Shown here: positions 24,288-33,495 of the stretch, in pieces
How the letters are laid out: every line of letters starts with the position of its first letter
How positions within the stretch are numbered: position 1 is the first letter of the stretch
Assembly: GCA_963796455.1 (NCBI GenBank)
Contig: CAWCLO010000010.1
Coordinates: 128,001 to 192,000, forward strand
Direction of reading: 5' to 3'
DNA length: 64,000 nucleotides
Source of the DNA: Candidatus Sulfomarinibacteraceae bacterium
GTDB taxonomy: Bacteria; Acidobacteriota; Thermoanaerobaculia; Thermoanaerobaculales; Sulfomarinibacteraceae
Notes under the pieces: generated by a model
Databases searched by the model: none
Seen by the model: the letters and a program-made list of their open reading frames with translations, nothing else
What the model was told of the DNA's origin: nothing
Program-made: the position numbers and the translations under genes

Positions 24288-25258
24288 CTCGATGCTCGAT
24301 GCTCGATGCTGGATCACTCTTGTCCAAGACAGAGTCTCGATAGCGTACAGGGACAGCGAGCAGGAGTCAGCGGCAGCGTTCAGTCACCAGCGTCAGCAAT
24401 CAGCGACCGGGGCGGCGACAGCGCCAGTGAAAAGCTCTCACTTCGTCGGGTTCAACAGTCGCCAGGTCATCGCACGGACTTGATCGAAGGCCTTCAGCGC
24501 ATCACGTGCGGCTGTCTGATTGATAGCCCCGCGGTGTGGGCGAGGAGCTTCAAGTAGCTGTCGACCTCTTTCGCCGAGGCGTATGCGATTCTCCAGTGGT
24601 TCCACCGGTCTCTACCGAGTCGGCCGTGACCTTCTGCCAGGTTCGCAGGGACTGAACTTGCCGACCGGATCACCTGATCGGCTATGGATTTCAGCGGAGC
24701 TGGAACCCTCATCACGAGCTTGATCGCAATTCCTGCTGCCTCGAGGGTTTTCGAGTGGGCAACGAGGTTGGTGTTCGTGGCGGCGTTGGACCTGGTCACC
24801 TCCGGGTCGTTCATGCCCATACCCACAAGCCGGTGAGGCGGCCGATGTCAAGGATGCCCTGCACCCTGCCTGTCCTTGACATCGGCTGCCCACCGGCTAC
24901 CCGTTTTGTTGAACGACCCGGAGGTGGCCATTTCGCCGACTGGACTGCTGATCGCTGCCGCTGATCACTGATCGCTGATCACTGATCGCTGTTCCCTGTT
25001 CGCTGTCCCTGTTCGCTGTTGCCTGTCGCTGCCGCTGCAATTCGGGCACGGACACGGACGCGGACTCGGGCACGGGACACCGCAAACTCGATATACCAAA
25101 AACCAACCTGTAAGCCTCGTTGTGTCAGGTGGGTGACTTCAAATGACGATTTGTTTTGGATCGCAGGGCTGCTGGATGCGCAAATTTCCGGAATCTTCCG
25201 TATGCTATGTACATGCCGGGTGGATGGGTGGATCCAGCATCTAGGATCCAGCATCGGG
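24288..25258 (-). mobile_element. Four-helix-bundle gene cassette with imperfect TIRs, complementary repeat arms and outer CTSGATG heptamers
   Basis: End motif GGATCACTCTTGTCCAAGACAGAGTCTCG at 24311-24339; opposite end (25080-25172) homologous to 41095-41200; CAGCGA-rich and TCGCTG-rich arms on either side of the ORF. Confidence 0.65.
24438..24814 (-). CDS. Four-helix-bundle protein (23S rRNA IVS-protein / Avd-like family); frameshift in G run near 24527-24530
   Basis: QVIRSASSVPANLAEGHGR and IAYASAKEV motifs; adding one G gives the fourth helix AINQTAARDALKAFDQVRAMTWRLLNPTK ending at TGA 24438. Start could also be 24820 or 24826. Confidence 0.85.
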
Positions 25259-25313
25259 CAAAATCATAGACCGATCTTCGGCAGCTCACCTCGATTCAGC
25301 AGGGAGACTCACC

Positions 25314-25754
25314 ATGAGTGACCGCAAATACAGCCATCGTGGCTATCAGGATGACGATCGGGATCGCGAGCCGCAAAAGAAACGCGAACGCCCGAAGACA
25401 GACGGCGTCCGCCGCTATGACAGCGCACCGCGTGGGCGGGGCCTGGGGGCGCCGACCAAGGTTTCCTTCAAGTGTGCACGCTGCGGTCACGAATTGGCGG
25501 ACCCGAAGATCACCACCGACACGATGTGCTCATCCTGCGGCTCCGCCCTCCACTCGTGCTCCAATTGCACCTTCTTCAATACGGGATCGCGTTTCGAGTG
25601 CCAAAAGCCGATCGCCAAACGGGTCGAGAGCAAGACCAAGGTCAATCCGTGCAAATTCTTCAAACCCAAAGCGGTTCGCGATCTCAAGGTCGAGACACCC
25701 GGAGTCTCGTCGCACGATCCGCGCGCGGCCTTTGACGCCTTGTTCAAGAAGTAG
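25314..25754 (+). CDS. Hypothetical Cys-rich (zinc-ribbon-like) protein
   Basis: Three CxxC pairs (CARC, CSSC, CSNC) plus two further Cys; GGGAG RBS. Confidence 0.8.
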   Translation: MSDRKYSHRGYQDDDRDREPQKKRERPKTDGVRRYDSAPRGRGLGAPTKVSFKCARCGHELADPKITTDTMCSSCGSALHSCSNCTFFNTGSRFECQKPIAKRVESKTKVNPCKFFKPKAVRDLKVETPGVSSHDPRAAFDALFKK

Positions 25755-25870
25755 CTTGTGAGGCCATGATCGGTCGCTCCGCTCCCTGGCTATGAGGCGA
25801 CGAGGAGTTTTCGCTGCACCAGGTTGTCTCAGAGCCTCATCGCTCCATAGCCTCACTCGCCCTATAACCC
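25755..25870. repeat. Degenerate inverted octamer repeats between convergent genes
   Basis: ggctatgagg-type units opposite cctcatcgc and catagcctcac units. Confidence 0.45.
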
Positions 25871-25875
25871 CAAAC

Positions 25876-27177
25876 CTACTCCTTCGATGACCCTGCTGTG
25901 ATGGTCTCCAACCCATGCGCGTTCGGTCCGGTTTCTTCCTTCCGCAACATGACGGCGAAGAAGAGGGCGAAGAAACCGAGAATACTGAACGCCCACATTC
26001 CCGGGATATGGCCGGCGGGGTTCTCCCCACTCGCCTGGTAGTGGTCATTCAAGAAACCGATGAGCAGCGGCATGCCCATGACGCCGAGTTGCTGGATCAG
26101 GGTCATGAGGGCATAGGCGGTTCCGAGCCGTTTCTCATCGACGATGTAGGCCACCGAGGGCCACATCACCGCGGGAATCAGCGAAAAGGCGATCCCCATC
26201 ATCGCCACGGGGACCGCAAGGGGCGTGATCTGGTAGGCCATCATCAAAAAGACCGGCATCATCAAGAATGAACCGAAGACCATGAAGAGCGAACGTTTAC
26301 CCACCTTGTCCACCAACAGCCCGAAGAGGGGGGTCGCGATCATGGCCGCCAGCGGCAGCACGCTGTTGTACTGACCCGCCACACCACGGGTCAGCTCCCA
26401 GGCCTCCATGAAGAACTTGATGGAGAATCCCCGGAAGGGGAAGATGGCCGAGTAGAACGTCACGCACAACGCCACCACGAACCAGTACGACTTGGTGAAA
26501 CGGAAGAGATCCGAGAGCACCAGCTTATCGGTCTCACCGGCATCACCGAGACCATGGCGGCGGCTTGCGCGCACCTCGAGGAGGCCGTAGACGATCGCAG
26601 AAACCACGACCAGGATTCCGATCGCTGCAGCGATGATCAGCGGGCTGCGCCAGCCCGTGAAGGCCGACGGGACCCAGGTCGGCATCAGGTCGGCCGAAAA
26701 CGAACCCAGACGGGCGATGGTCAGATTGATTCCAAAGGCGAATCCGAGCTCCCGCCCTTTGAACCACTTGGCCAGTGCGCAGGTGATCGCCACGATCAGG
26801 GGCTCGGAACCAAGGCCCAGGAGGAAGCGGGCGCCCACCATGACCCAGAAATCGGAGGTCACAGCCATCAGGATCCCGGCAAAGGTACAGATACCGCCAA
26901 AAACGATGGTTGACTTGACGGTGCCGTATTTGTCGATGATCACGCCGCCGAGCAACAGGACGATGACCGCCGCAAGACTGTAGACCGAGAACAGCATGCC
27001 GTAGTTCGCGTCGCTGAAACCGAGTTCCGACTTCAACAGATCGGCGATAGGTGCGATGGAATCGTAGACATAATAATTGGCGAACATGGCCAAACTGATC
27101 ACAATCAGTACGACCCACCGATACATGGGCGAAGGCTGGGAGGCCATGTCCTGGGAATTCACGTTGTTTTCGTTCAT
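25876..27177 (-). CDS. MFS transporter
   Basis: 12 hydrophobic segments, GVIIDKYG and GLLVDKVGKR motif-A loops; ATG 27177 with AAGGAG RBS. Confidence 0.92.
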   Translation of the reverse strand: MNENNVNSQDMASQPSPMYRWVVLIVISLAMFANYYVYDSIAPIADLLKSELGFSDANYGMLFSVYSLAAVIVLLLGGVIIDKYGTVKSTIVFGGICTFAGILMAVTSDFWVMVGARFLLGLGSEPLIVAITCALAKWFKGRELGFAFGINLTIARLGSFSADLMPTWVPSAFTGWRSPLIIAAAIGILVVVSAIVYGLLEVRASRRHGLGDAGETDKLVLSDLFRFTKSYWFVVALCVTFYSAIFPFRGFSIKFFMEAWELTRGVAGQYNSVLPLAAMIATPLFGLLVDKVGKRSLFMVFGSFLMMPVFLMMAYQITPLAVPVAMMGIAFSLIPAVMWPSVAYIVDEKRLGTAYALMTLIQQLGVMGMPLLIGFLNDHYQASGENPAGHIPGMWAFSILGFFALFFAVMLRKEETGPNAHGLETITAGSSKE

Positions 27178-27310
27178 CGAGCGCTCCTTTTGACTCAACG
27201 TTGACACAGCATAGTCGAGCCGCCGGAAGTTTAGATCGCTACTTGGTGTTATACTGGTTCGACCTACCCGTGGCGCCAAGGCGACCGCGGTCGCCGGAGG
27301 ATCCCCCAAT

Positions 27311-28162
27311 TTGCTGACCCGAAGACGTTTCTTGAAGAGTGCCTCTCTGACTGCAGCCAGTTCGCTCGGTTTCGCCGGCTACGGATTTTCGAATGCGCTC
27401 GACATGCCCGGTGTGCGCCGCCAACGCCTCGACCTGCCGAACCTTCCCCAGGATTGGGACGGTCTGCGAATCGTGCAGATCTCCGATGTCCACGCGGGCC
27501 CGTATATGGATTCCGAACGGATGTCACGACTGCGGGACATGGCTCACAACCTGAAGCCCGACCTCATCGTCTTCACCGGCGATCAGATGGATCGCCGGCC
27601 GTCGGACGCCGAGCTCTTCGTGCGCGGTTTCGAAGGCATCACGGCACCGATGGGTGTGTGGGGCATCCTCGGAAACCACGATCATTTCTTCGATCCGAAA
27701 AAGAGTGAATGGGCGCTCGAGGCGGCAGGAATCAAACCACTGATCAACGAAGGCGTTGTATTCGAGCGCAACGGCGCGGAGCTGGCTATTGTGGGCGTCG
27801 AAGATCTCCACGCGAGTGCGGGTCGCGAGCCCGACTTTTCGGTCCTCAATCGATACCCGACCGCTTTCCGGGTCTGCCTCTGTCATCAGCCGAACGGCTG
27901 GCATCGGGCCGCCGAAGCAGGCGCCCATCTGACCCTGGCCGGCCACACCCATGGCGGTCAGATCGCACTCACCGGCCGCAATATCAACGTGGCGCGTTTC
28001 AACACCCGCTACATCGCCGGACCCTACCGTCGTGAAGAGGCATTTCTCTACGTGTCGCGAGGAGTCGGTGTTGGTGCTGTCCCTGTCAGAGTCGGCGCGC
28101 CGCCGGAGATCGATGTGCTGACTCTCAGAAGCCCGGCGGCGAGCGCAACGGCCGTCGCGTAG
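27311..28162 (+). CDS. Metallophosphoesterase (YkuE/YaeI-like) with twin-Arg leader
   Basis: SDVH, TGDQMD, GNHD, GHTHGGQ, YVSRGVG; TRRRFLK at the N-terminus. Confidence 0.9.
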   Translation: MLTRRRFLKSASLTAASSLGFAGYGFSNALDMPGVRRQRLDLPNLPQDWDGLRIVQISDVHAGPYMDSERMSRLRDMAHNLKPDLIVFTGDQMDRRPSDAELFVRGFEGITAPMGVWGILGNHDHFFDPKKSEWALEAAGIKPLINEGVVFERNGAELAIVGVEDLHASAGREPDFSVLNRYPTAFRVCLCHQPNGWHRAAEAGAHLTLAGHTHGGQIALTGRNINVARFNTRYIAGPYRREEAFLYVSRGVGVGAVPVRVGAPPEIDVLTLRSPAASATAVA

Positions 28163-28239
28163 ATCTTCCAAAAAGCACAACTCGTTGCCGGGCCCCATTA
28201 CCGCGAGCAGCCACCACATGCCGCCTGGACTACTGACCG

Positions 28240-28365
28240 CCGCCGCTGAACACTGATCGCTGTTCTCTGTCGCTGCCGCTGTTCACTGACTCCTGTTCGC
28301 TGACGCTGCCCCTGAAAGCTGCCCGAGACCCTGTCTTGAACAAGAGTGTTCCTCATTCCTCATTC
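28240..28365. repeat. Partial (one-end) copy of the four-helix-bundle cassette flank
   Basis: TCGCTG-rich arm, then CGAGACCCTGTCTTGAACAAGAGTGTTCC (reverse complement of the 24311 motif), then ttcctcattcctcattc heptamers. Confidence 0.7.
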
Positions 28366-28387
28366 GTTTGCCTGCTAAGCTCGGTCC

Positions 28388-29932
28388 GTGGACCCAAAGA
28401 CTGAAATACTCACCAAGGGCATCCTCAGCCTGATTGCACTGGCAGTCATCGCCTGGCGCCACCGGCCTGCGAACAAACTCGCACCCGAACGCGCCGGCCA
28501 ACTACTCGGTCTGATGGCCGTGATCGCGGTCCTGGCCTACACCAATTTCGGGCAATTCCACGGTCGGTCCGGGATCCACCACTGGGAGCAGTTCCACTAT
28601 TTTCTGGGCTCGAAATATTTTCCCGAGCTCCGCTATGACGGCCTTTACGTCGCCTCCCTCGCGGCGGAACGGGATATCGATCGAGGCCGTGAGCCCCAAC
28701 GTTACATGCGGGACCTCCGGACCAACGAGGTTGTTCGAACAGCCCTCTTGACTGGTCACGAACGCGAGGTCCGCGACCGATTCAGCGCCGACCGCTGGCA
28801 GGCTTTCGTTACCGACGTCGGGTATTTCCTCGAATCCAACGACTCCAACTACATCAGTCGAATCCGGAAGGACCACGGTTACAACCCCACCCCGACATGG
28901 ACCTTCACGGCGCGGCTTTTTTCGCGATGGCTCGTGGCTGGTGACACATCACTCAGCGCCCTGGCGTGGCTCGATCCGCTGCTGCTCGCGCTGCTCTTCG
29001 CCACGATCTTCCGCACCTATGGAGCCCGGGTGGGATGTCTTTCATTGATTGTATTCGGGCTCGGATACCCATGGAGATTCGACTGGATCGGTGGCGCCTT
29101 TCTGCGTCAGGATTGGTTGGCGGCGGTTGCCGTCGCGATCTGCCTTCTGCATCAGAAACGACACGCCCCGGCGGGTGCATTATTGGCCTACGCAGCCATG
29201 GTCCGGGTCTTTCCCGCCACCTTCCTGATCGGCGCAACGGTGCTCGGTTTGGCCGCCCTTGCCAAACGACAAACGCTCAGCAAATTCAGGCACATCGCGG
29301 CAGGCTTTGCCGGAGGCATCGTGATCTGCCTGCTGGCAGGCTCCATGATCGGCGCCGGGCCGTCCGCCTGGGGCGAATTTCGGACCAATCTCGAAAAACA
29401 CCATGGCACCTGGTTGACCAACAACGTCGGTCTGAAGAACACCATGCTCTATGACGGCGCCACCATGCGTCGGGACGATGTGGATTTCCGACTGCCCGAG
29501 CCCTGGCTCCACTGGCAAGAGAAAATGAACCGACTCGAGCGCGAGCGCCGGCCTCTGATCGCTGCGGTCTCCGCCCTGATGCTGGCGCTGGTGGTTCTCG
29601 CAGCCCGCCGCCAACGACTCGACCAGGCCTCGATCCTCGGAATTGTGGTGACCTTTTCTCTGGTGGTCCTGACCTCCTATTACTGGGTCATGCTGCTGCT
29701 GTTGCCGCTCGGGCGAGGGCGTTGGATGCCCACTACCGGGTGGTTGGCGATCAACACCGGGCTCTTCGGGCTCCACCTGGCGACGCCGTCCTTCGAGATG
29801 ATCTACGGCACCTTGTCCTGGGCGCTGACGATCTTTTTCATCGTCTGGCTCGCACCGGATGCGGTTGCGAGCGTCAGGGAACTGACCGACCGCACCGCCA
29901 CATCGAAGCCCTCTGCAAACCTGAAAGGGTGA
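28388..29932 (+). CDS. Polytopic membrane protein, possibly GT-C (glycosyltransferase family 87-like)
   Basis: About 11 TM segments with large periplasmic loops (HYFLGSKYFPEL, DHGYNPTP, GGAFLRQDW); function is inferred. Confidence 0.6.
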   Translation: MDPKTEILTKGILSLIALAVIAWRHRPANKLAPERAGQLLGLMAVIAVLAYTNFGQFHGRSGIHHWEQFHYFLGSKYFPELRYDGLYVASLAAERDIDRGREPQRYMRDLRTNEVVRTALLTGHEREVRDRFSADRWQAFVTDVGYFLESNDSNYISRIRKDHGYNPTPTWTFTARLFSRWLVAGDTSLSALAWLDPLLLALLFATIFRTYGARVGCLSLIVFGLGYPWRFDWIGGAFLRQDWLAAVAVAICLLHQKRHAPAGALLAYAAMVRVFPATFLIGATVLGLAALAKRQTLSKFRHIAAGFAGGIVICLLAGSMIGAGPSAWGEFRTNLEKHHGTWLTNNVGLKNTMLYDGATMRRDDVDFRLPEPWLHWQEKMNRLERERRPLIAAVSALMLALVVLAARRQRLDQASILGIVVTFSLVVLTSYYWVMLLLLPLGRGRWMPTTGWLAINTGLFGLHLATPSFEMIYGTLSWALTIFFIVWLAPDAVASVRELTDRTATSKPSANLKG

Positions 29933-29991
29933 AAGGGCGCAAGGCGGATAAGGGAGCTTGAGTATTCGAGAGAATGGGAGGGTGAGCGGGT

Positions 29992-30045
29992 CTCCCCATC
30001 TCCCCATCTCCCCTTCTCCCTTTCTCCCTTTCTCCCTTTCTTTCT
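29992..30045. repeat. Pyrimidine-rich octamer array (TCTCCCCA / TCTCCCTT)n
   Basis: Six units preceded by GAGCGGG-TCTCC, the same leader as the arrays at 41941 and 46206; purine-rich counterpart at 29923-29985. Confidence 0.8.
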
Positions 30046-30055
30046 CGGGAACCAG

Positions 30056-30528
30056 CTACATCGGATACAGCCCGCTGTCCGCGTCGGCGGGGCGCCGGCA
30101 AAACCGCCGCCTCCCGCGTCTCCCATCTCTGCTTCGATCGCATCGCCGAGCTCTTCCTCGACCTTCTCCGGATCCTCGCCGGCTTCGAGCCGCCGGATCA
30201 TCTCCTCCATCGCCGGTGTGACCTCTTCACCCGCGATATCGGTCATCCGCCGCACCGCAGCCGCCATCGCCTTGGGATCGTTTTCGTCCATATTCTCGAG
30301 CTCTGAGGCAAAGCGCATCATCTCCCGTTCCATCCGAGGGTCGTCCATCCCGGCGTCGTCGTCCATCGAGCCTTTGCCGGAAACCGCAACCCCAAAAGAC
30401 GAGGGCACCCGACCGAGATCAGAAGCGCCGCATTTCGGACAAACCGGCGTTTTTTCGGTTGCCACCTTGAAGGAGTGAAAACTGTAGATCTTGTTACAGG
30501 CTCGACACAGAAATTCATAGATCGGCAC
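30056..30528 (-). CDS. FmdB-family zinc-ribbon protein; frameshift near 30080
   Basis: MPIYEFLCRAC...CPKCGAS; one extra G gives the natural end PTRDSGLYPM-TAG; GGAGG RBS. Confidence 0.85.
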
Positions 30529-31843
30529 GAGTGCCTCCGTCGTCGCCGTTTTCGCCCCATCGATCGACCTGGTAGGGAACGAGCCCGGCCTTCTGCAGGG
30601 ATTTCGAATCAACCCTCATCGCCAGTTCCAGCGTCTCCTCATCGAATCGTCGCGCCACCTGATGCGGTAGGCCAACCGCCCGCCGCACCATCTCGGCCTC
30701 CTCCAGCGGAACCCGAAGAATGGCGACATCAGGATTCGAGAGCACCCGCCGGCGAATGACCGCCTTGAGATCATTGACGCCTTTTCCGGTCACCGCGGAG
30801 ACCGAAACGGTCCCCCCGAAGCCAAGACCCGCGATCCGGTGGACCCCACCCACGAGATCGATCTTGTTGCGGACCACCAGGACCCGATCGCGTTCGACAT
30901 CGAGCCCATCGAGGACCTCATGGCCGATTCGAAGATGCTCTTCCCATGCGGGATGAGACGCGTCCACCACATGCAGCACGAGATCGGCCACCACCGCCTC
31001 CTCGAGAGTCGATCGAAAAGGCGCCACGAGATCGTGTGGAAGCTTGCGTATGAAACCCACCGTGTCGGTGAGCACGGCCGTGATCTCCTCGCCGAGGGCC
31101 ACCCGCCGTGCCCGTGGGTCGAGGGTCGCAAAGAGCCGATCTTCCACCAGCACATCGGCCCTGGTCAGACGGCGAAAAAGAGACGACTTACCGGCATTGG
31201 TATAACCGACGATGGCAACCGAAGAGATATCGTCACGCCGTTCGCGCCGCAACCGCCGGTCTCTCTCGATGACCTCCAACTTGCCACGCAGTTGCGCCAT
31301 GCGTTTGGAGATCAACCGCCGGTCGATCTCGAGCTGTGTTTCGCCGACACCCCGGGTTCCGATGCCCCCGTTTTGACGAGAGAGGTGGCTCCAACGCCGG
31401 GTGAGCCGGGGCATGAGATAGCCGAGCTGGGCAAGCTCGACCTGGGTCTGCGACTCGCGGCTGCGGGCGTGCTGGGCGAATATGTCGAGGATCACCGCCG
31501 CGCGGTCGAGAACCTTGACCGTCTTCGGCACCTCGCCCTCGATATTGCGAACCTGCGACCCGGTGAGATCTTCGTCAAATACCAACGAATCGATCTCTTC
31601 ATCCTCGCAGCGGTCGGCGAGGCGATGAAGAAAGCCCTTCCCGACCAGCGTCGCAGGGCTGGGCTGCCGGCGCTCCTGGATTTCCCGGCCGATCACCTCG
31701 CCACCGGCGGTTTCGACCAGCCGTTCGAGCTCGTCGAGATGCTCCTCGACCACGTGGCGTGGCAGGCCGGGCAAAGCCAAACCGACCAGAAGCGTCCGTT
31801 CGCGCCGGTCTCTTTCGGGTTCGTATGCCGGTTTCGGAGTCAT
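30515..31843 (-). CDS. hflX: GTPase HflX
   Basis: GGIGTRGVGETQLEIDRR, GYTNAGKSS, DTVGFI, NKID. Confidence 0.97.
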   Translation of the reverse strand: MTPKPAYEPERDRRERTLLVGLALPGLPRHVVEEHLDELERLVETAGGEVIGREIQERRQPSPATLVGKGFLHRLADRCEDEEIDSLVFDEDLTGSQVRNIEGEVPKTVKVLDRAAVILDIFAQHARSRESQTQVELAQLGYLMPRLTRRWSHLSRQNGGIGTRGVGETQLEIDRRLISKRMAQLRGKLEVIERDRRLRRERRDDISSVAIVGYTNAGKSSLFRRLTRADVLVEDRLFATLDPRARRVALGEEITAVLTDTVGFIRKLPHDLVAPFRSTLEEAVVADLVLHVVDASHPAWEEHLRIGHEVLDGLDVERDRVLVVRNKIDLVGGVHRIAGLGFGGTVSVSAVTGKGVNDLKAVIRRRVLSNPDVAILRVPLEEAEMVRRAVGLPHQVARRFDEETLELAMRVDSKSLQKAGLVPYQVDRWGENGDDGGTRADL

Positions 31844-31846
31844 GGA

Positions 31847-33052
31847 CTAGGGGAGATCCTCCTGGTGCATCTTGAGGAGGACCTTTTCGCATGCGGCAAG
31901 CGTTTCGTCAATATCCTTGGCACCGTGGGTGCTCGAAAGAAAACCGGCCCGTCCCTGTTCTCTGGGAAACAAGATGCCGTCGTTCCGCAACGCACCGACC
32001 AGTCGACGATAGGCCGCTTTGTCGGCACCTTCGAGGCTTTTGCGGTCGACCACCGGCTTATCAGAGAAATAGAGGGCGAAGACCGAACCGATCTGATTGA
32101 TGGTCATCGGTCTTTCAAAACGACCACCGAGTGCAAGGAGCCCCTGAACCAGTTGATCCGTTCGTTTTTCGAGGTGCTCGTAGACCGAGTCGTTCTTCAG
32201 AATCGACAGAACCGCCTCGGCGGCTGCCAGCGAAACCGGGTGGGGCGTAGGTAACGGATCGAAGTCGTTGAGGGCCTCCTGTTCATCTTTGAAGGCCACC
32301 ACACCAATCGGGAAACCACCGCCGAGGGCGGCCCCGTAAACCGCCACGTCCGGGACGATCCCAGCCCGTTCGGCAAATCCCCCACGATGAACCCGAAAAC
32401 CGGAGACCCGCTCGTCGAGAACCAGGAGCACACCGTTGTCGCGGCAGGCCTCGACGATTTCGTCAAGGGCTCCCGGTGGAGGGGGAACCACCCCGAATCG
32501 CCCCATCAACGGGTCGAGGATCAAACCGGCCAGTTTGGGCCCGCCGCTTGTGATCGCGGCGATGATTTTCGCCACGTCCCAACCGGCAACTTCGCGAATC
32601 GGGTTGGATGGATCGATGGAGAGTTTTGCCGGCGCGCCGACCCGCAAGGGCGCCCCGCCATCAAGGACCAGGAATTTCTTATTGCCCGTGACCTGACGCA
32701 GCCAGTCCAGAACCTGTCGAAAGGCCTCATCCTGGCTTCTGCAGAACCACCAACTTTTGACCCACGGGACAAAACGCCCGAGGTTGGTGGCGAAATCGAC
32801 CTCCTGGGGCACATGGAATCCCTCTGGAATCCCGCCAACAAGAACCCGACGTACCGCGTCTAAAACAAACTGGTTGGCAAAACCGACGATGGCCGAGCCA
32901 CCGGCGCCCATAAAGTCGATGTAGCCAACATTGTCAACGTCGAAAACACGGGCGCCCTCCGCCTTCTGGGCCACCAAAACCTGGTCAGCTCCTGAACGCA
33001 ATACTGGTACGGTGGCTGCCTTTTGAATGAGTTCGTCGTGTCGTCGACCCAT
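31847..33052 (-). CDS. Class-III aminotransferase (HemL/GSA-aminomutase-like), degenerate active site
   Basis: AEGARVFDVDNVGYIDF, DERVSGFR, PDVAVYGAALGGGFPIG (Ala where the PLP lysine normally is), FLSSTH. Confidence 0.8.
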   Translation of the reverse strand: MGRRHDELIQKAATVPVLRSGADQVLVAQKAEGARVFDVDNVGYIDFMGAGGSAIVGFANQFVLDAVRRVLVGGIPEGFHVPQEVDFATNLGRFVPWVKSWWFCRSQDEAFRQVLDWLRQVTGNKKFLVLDGGAPLRVGAPAKLSIDPSNPIREVAGWDVAKIIAAITSGGPKLAGLILDPLMGRFGVVPPPPGALDEIVEACRDNGVLLVLDERVSGFRVHRGGFAERAGIVPDVAVYGAALGGGFPIGVVAFKDEQEALNDFDPLPTPHPVSLAAAEAVLSILKNDSVYEHLEKRTDQLVQGLLALGGRFERPMTINQIGSVFALYFSDKPVVDRKSLEGADKAAYRRLVGALRNDGILFPREQGRAGFLSSTHGAKDIDETLAACEKVLLKMHQEDLP

Positions 33053-33057
33053 TTTGG

Positions 33058-33267
33058 TCAGTAATCCCTCTCGTCCTGTTCGCCGTCTCCCCAGAAAAAG
33101 AAGCCTCGACAGCGGGCGGAACAGAAGCTCCGACCAAAGTCCTGCACCGCACAGTACTGGCAGTAGACGCTATGACAGATCGTACAGGACTGCAACTCAC
33201 TCTCGGGCACCTTGAGTACGCAGACCGGACAGGTTTTCAGTTCTTCCTCAGGGGTCTCGAACGCCAT
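33058..33267 (-). CDS. Small Cys-rich zinc-finger protein
   Basis: CPVC, CTIC, CQYC, CSARC in 69 aa; first gene of the run that includes hflX; TATACT 7 nt upstream of ATG. Confidence 0.75.
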   Translation of the reverse strand: MAFETPEEELKTCPVCVLKVPESELQSCTICHSVYCQYCAVQDFGRSFCSARCRGFFFWGDGEQDERDY

Positions 33268-33365
33268 TGATTCGAGTATAACGTGAATGGCCGGAGGAGA
33301 GACCACCGGCAGCTGCCGACAACAGGCTAGACGAAGAAAGTATCTGCGGGTATAGTTCTCGGTCG

Positions 33366-33440
33366 GGCGGTGTAGCTCAGGGGTAGAGCAGGGGTCTCAT
33401 AAGCCCTGTGCCGGTGGTTCAAGTCCACCCACCGCCACCA
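33366..33440 (+). tRNA. tRNA with CAT anticodon (probably elongator tRNA-Met; Ile2 not excluded)
   Basis: GGCGGTGTAGCTCAG...CTCATAA...GGTTCAAGTCC...ACCA; paired G1-C72 argues against initiator. Confidence 0.93.
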
Positions 33441-33495
33441 GTTCAGGCCATCGATCTCAACCGGGATCGATGGCCTGAATTGGGTATGATGCCCC

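Noticed and set aside
24438..24826. Diversity-generating retroelement, given the Avd-like protein
   Set aside because: No reverse transcriptase and no TR/VR pair with adenine-specific mismatches seen in the window.
33366..33440. Calling the CAT tRNA tRNA-Ile2 because it adjoins tilS
   Set aside because: The GGCGGTG acceptor stem resembles elongator tRNA-Met and lacks the C4-G69 pair of E. coli Ile2; adjacency alone is not enough.
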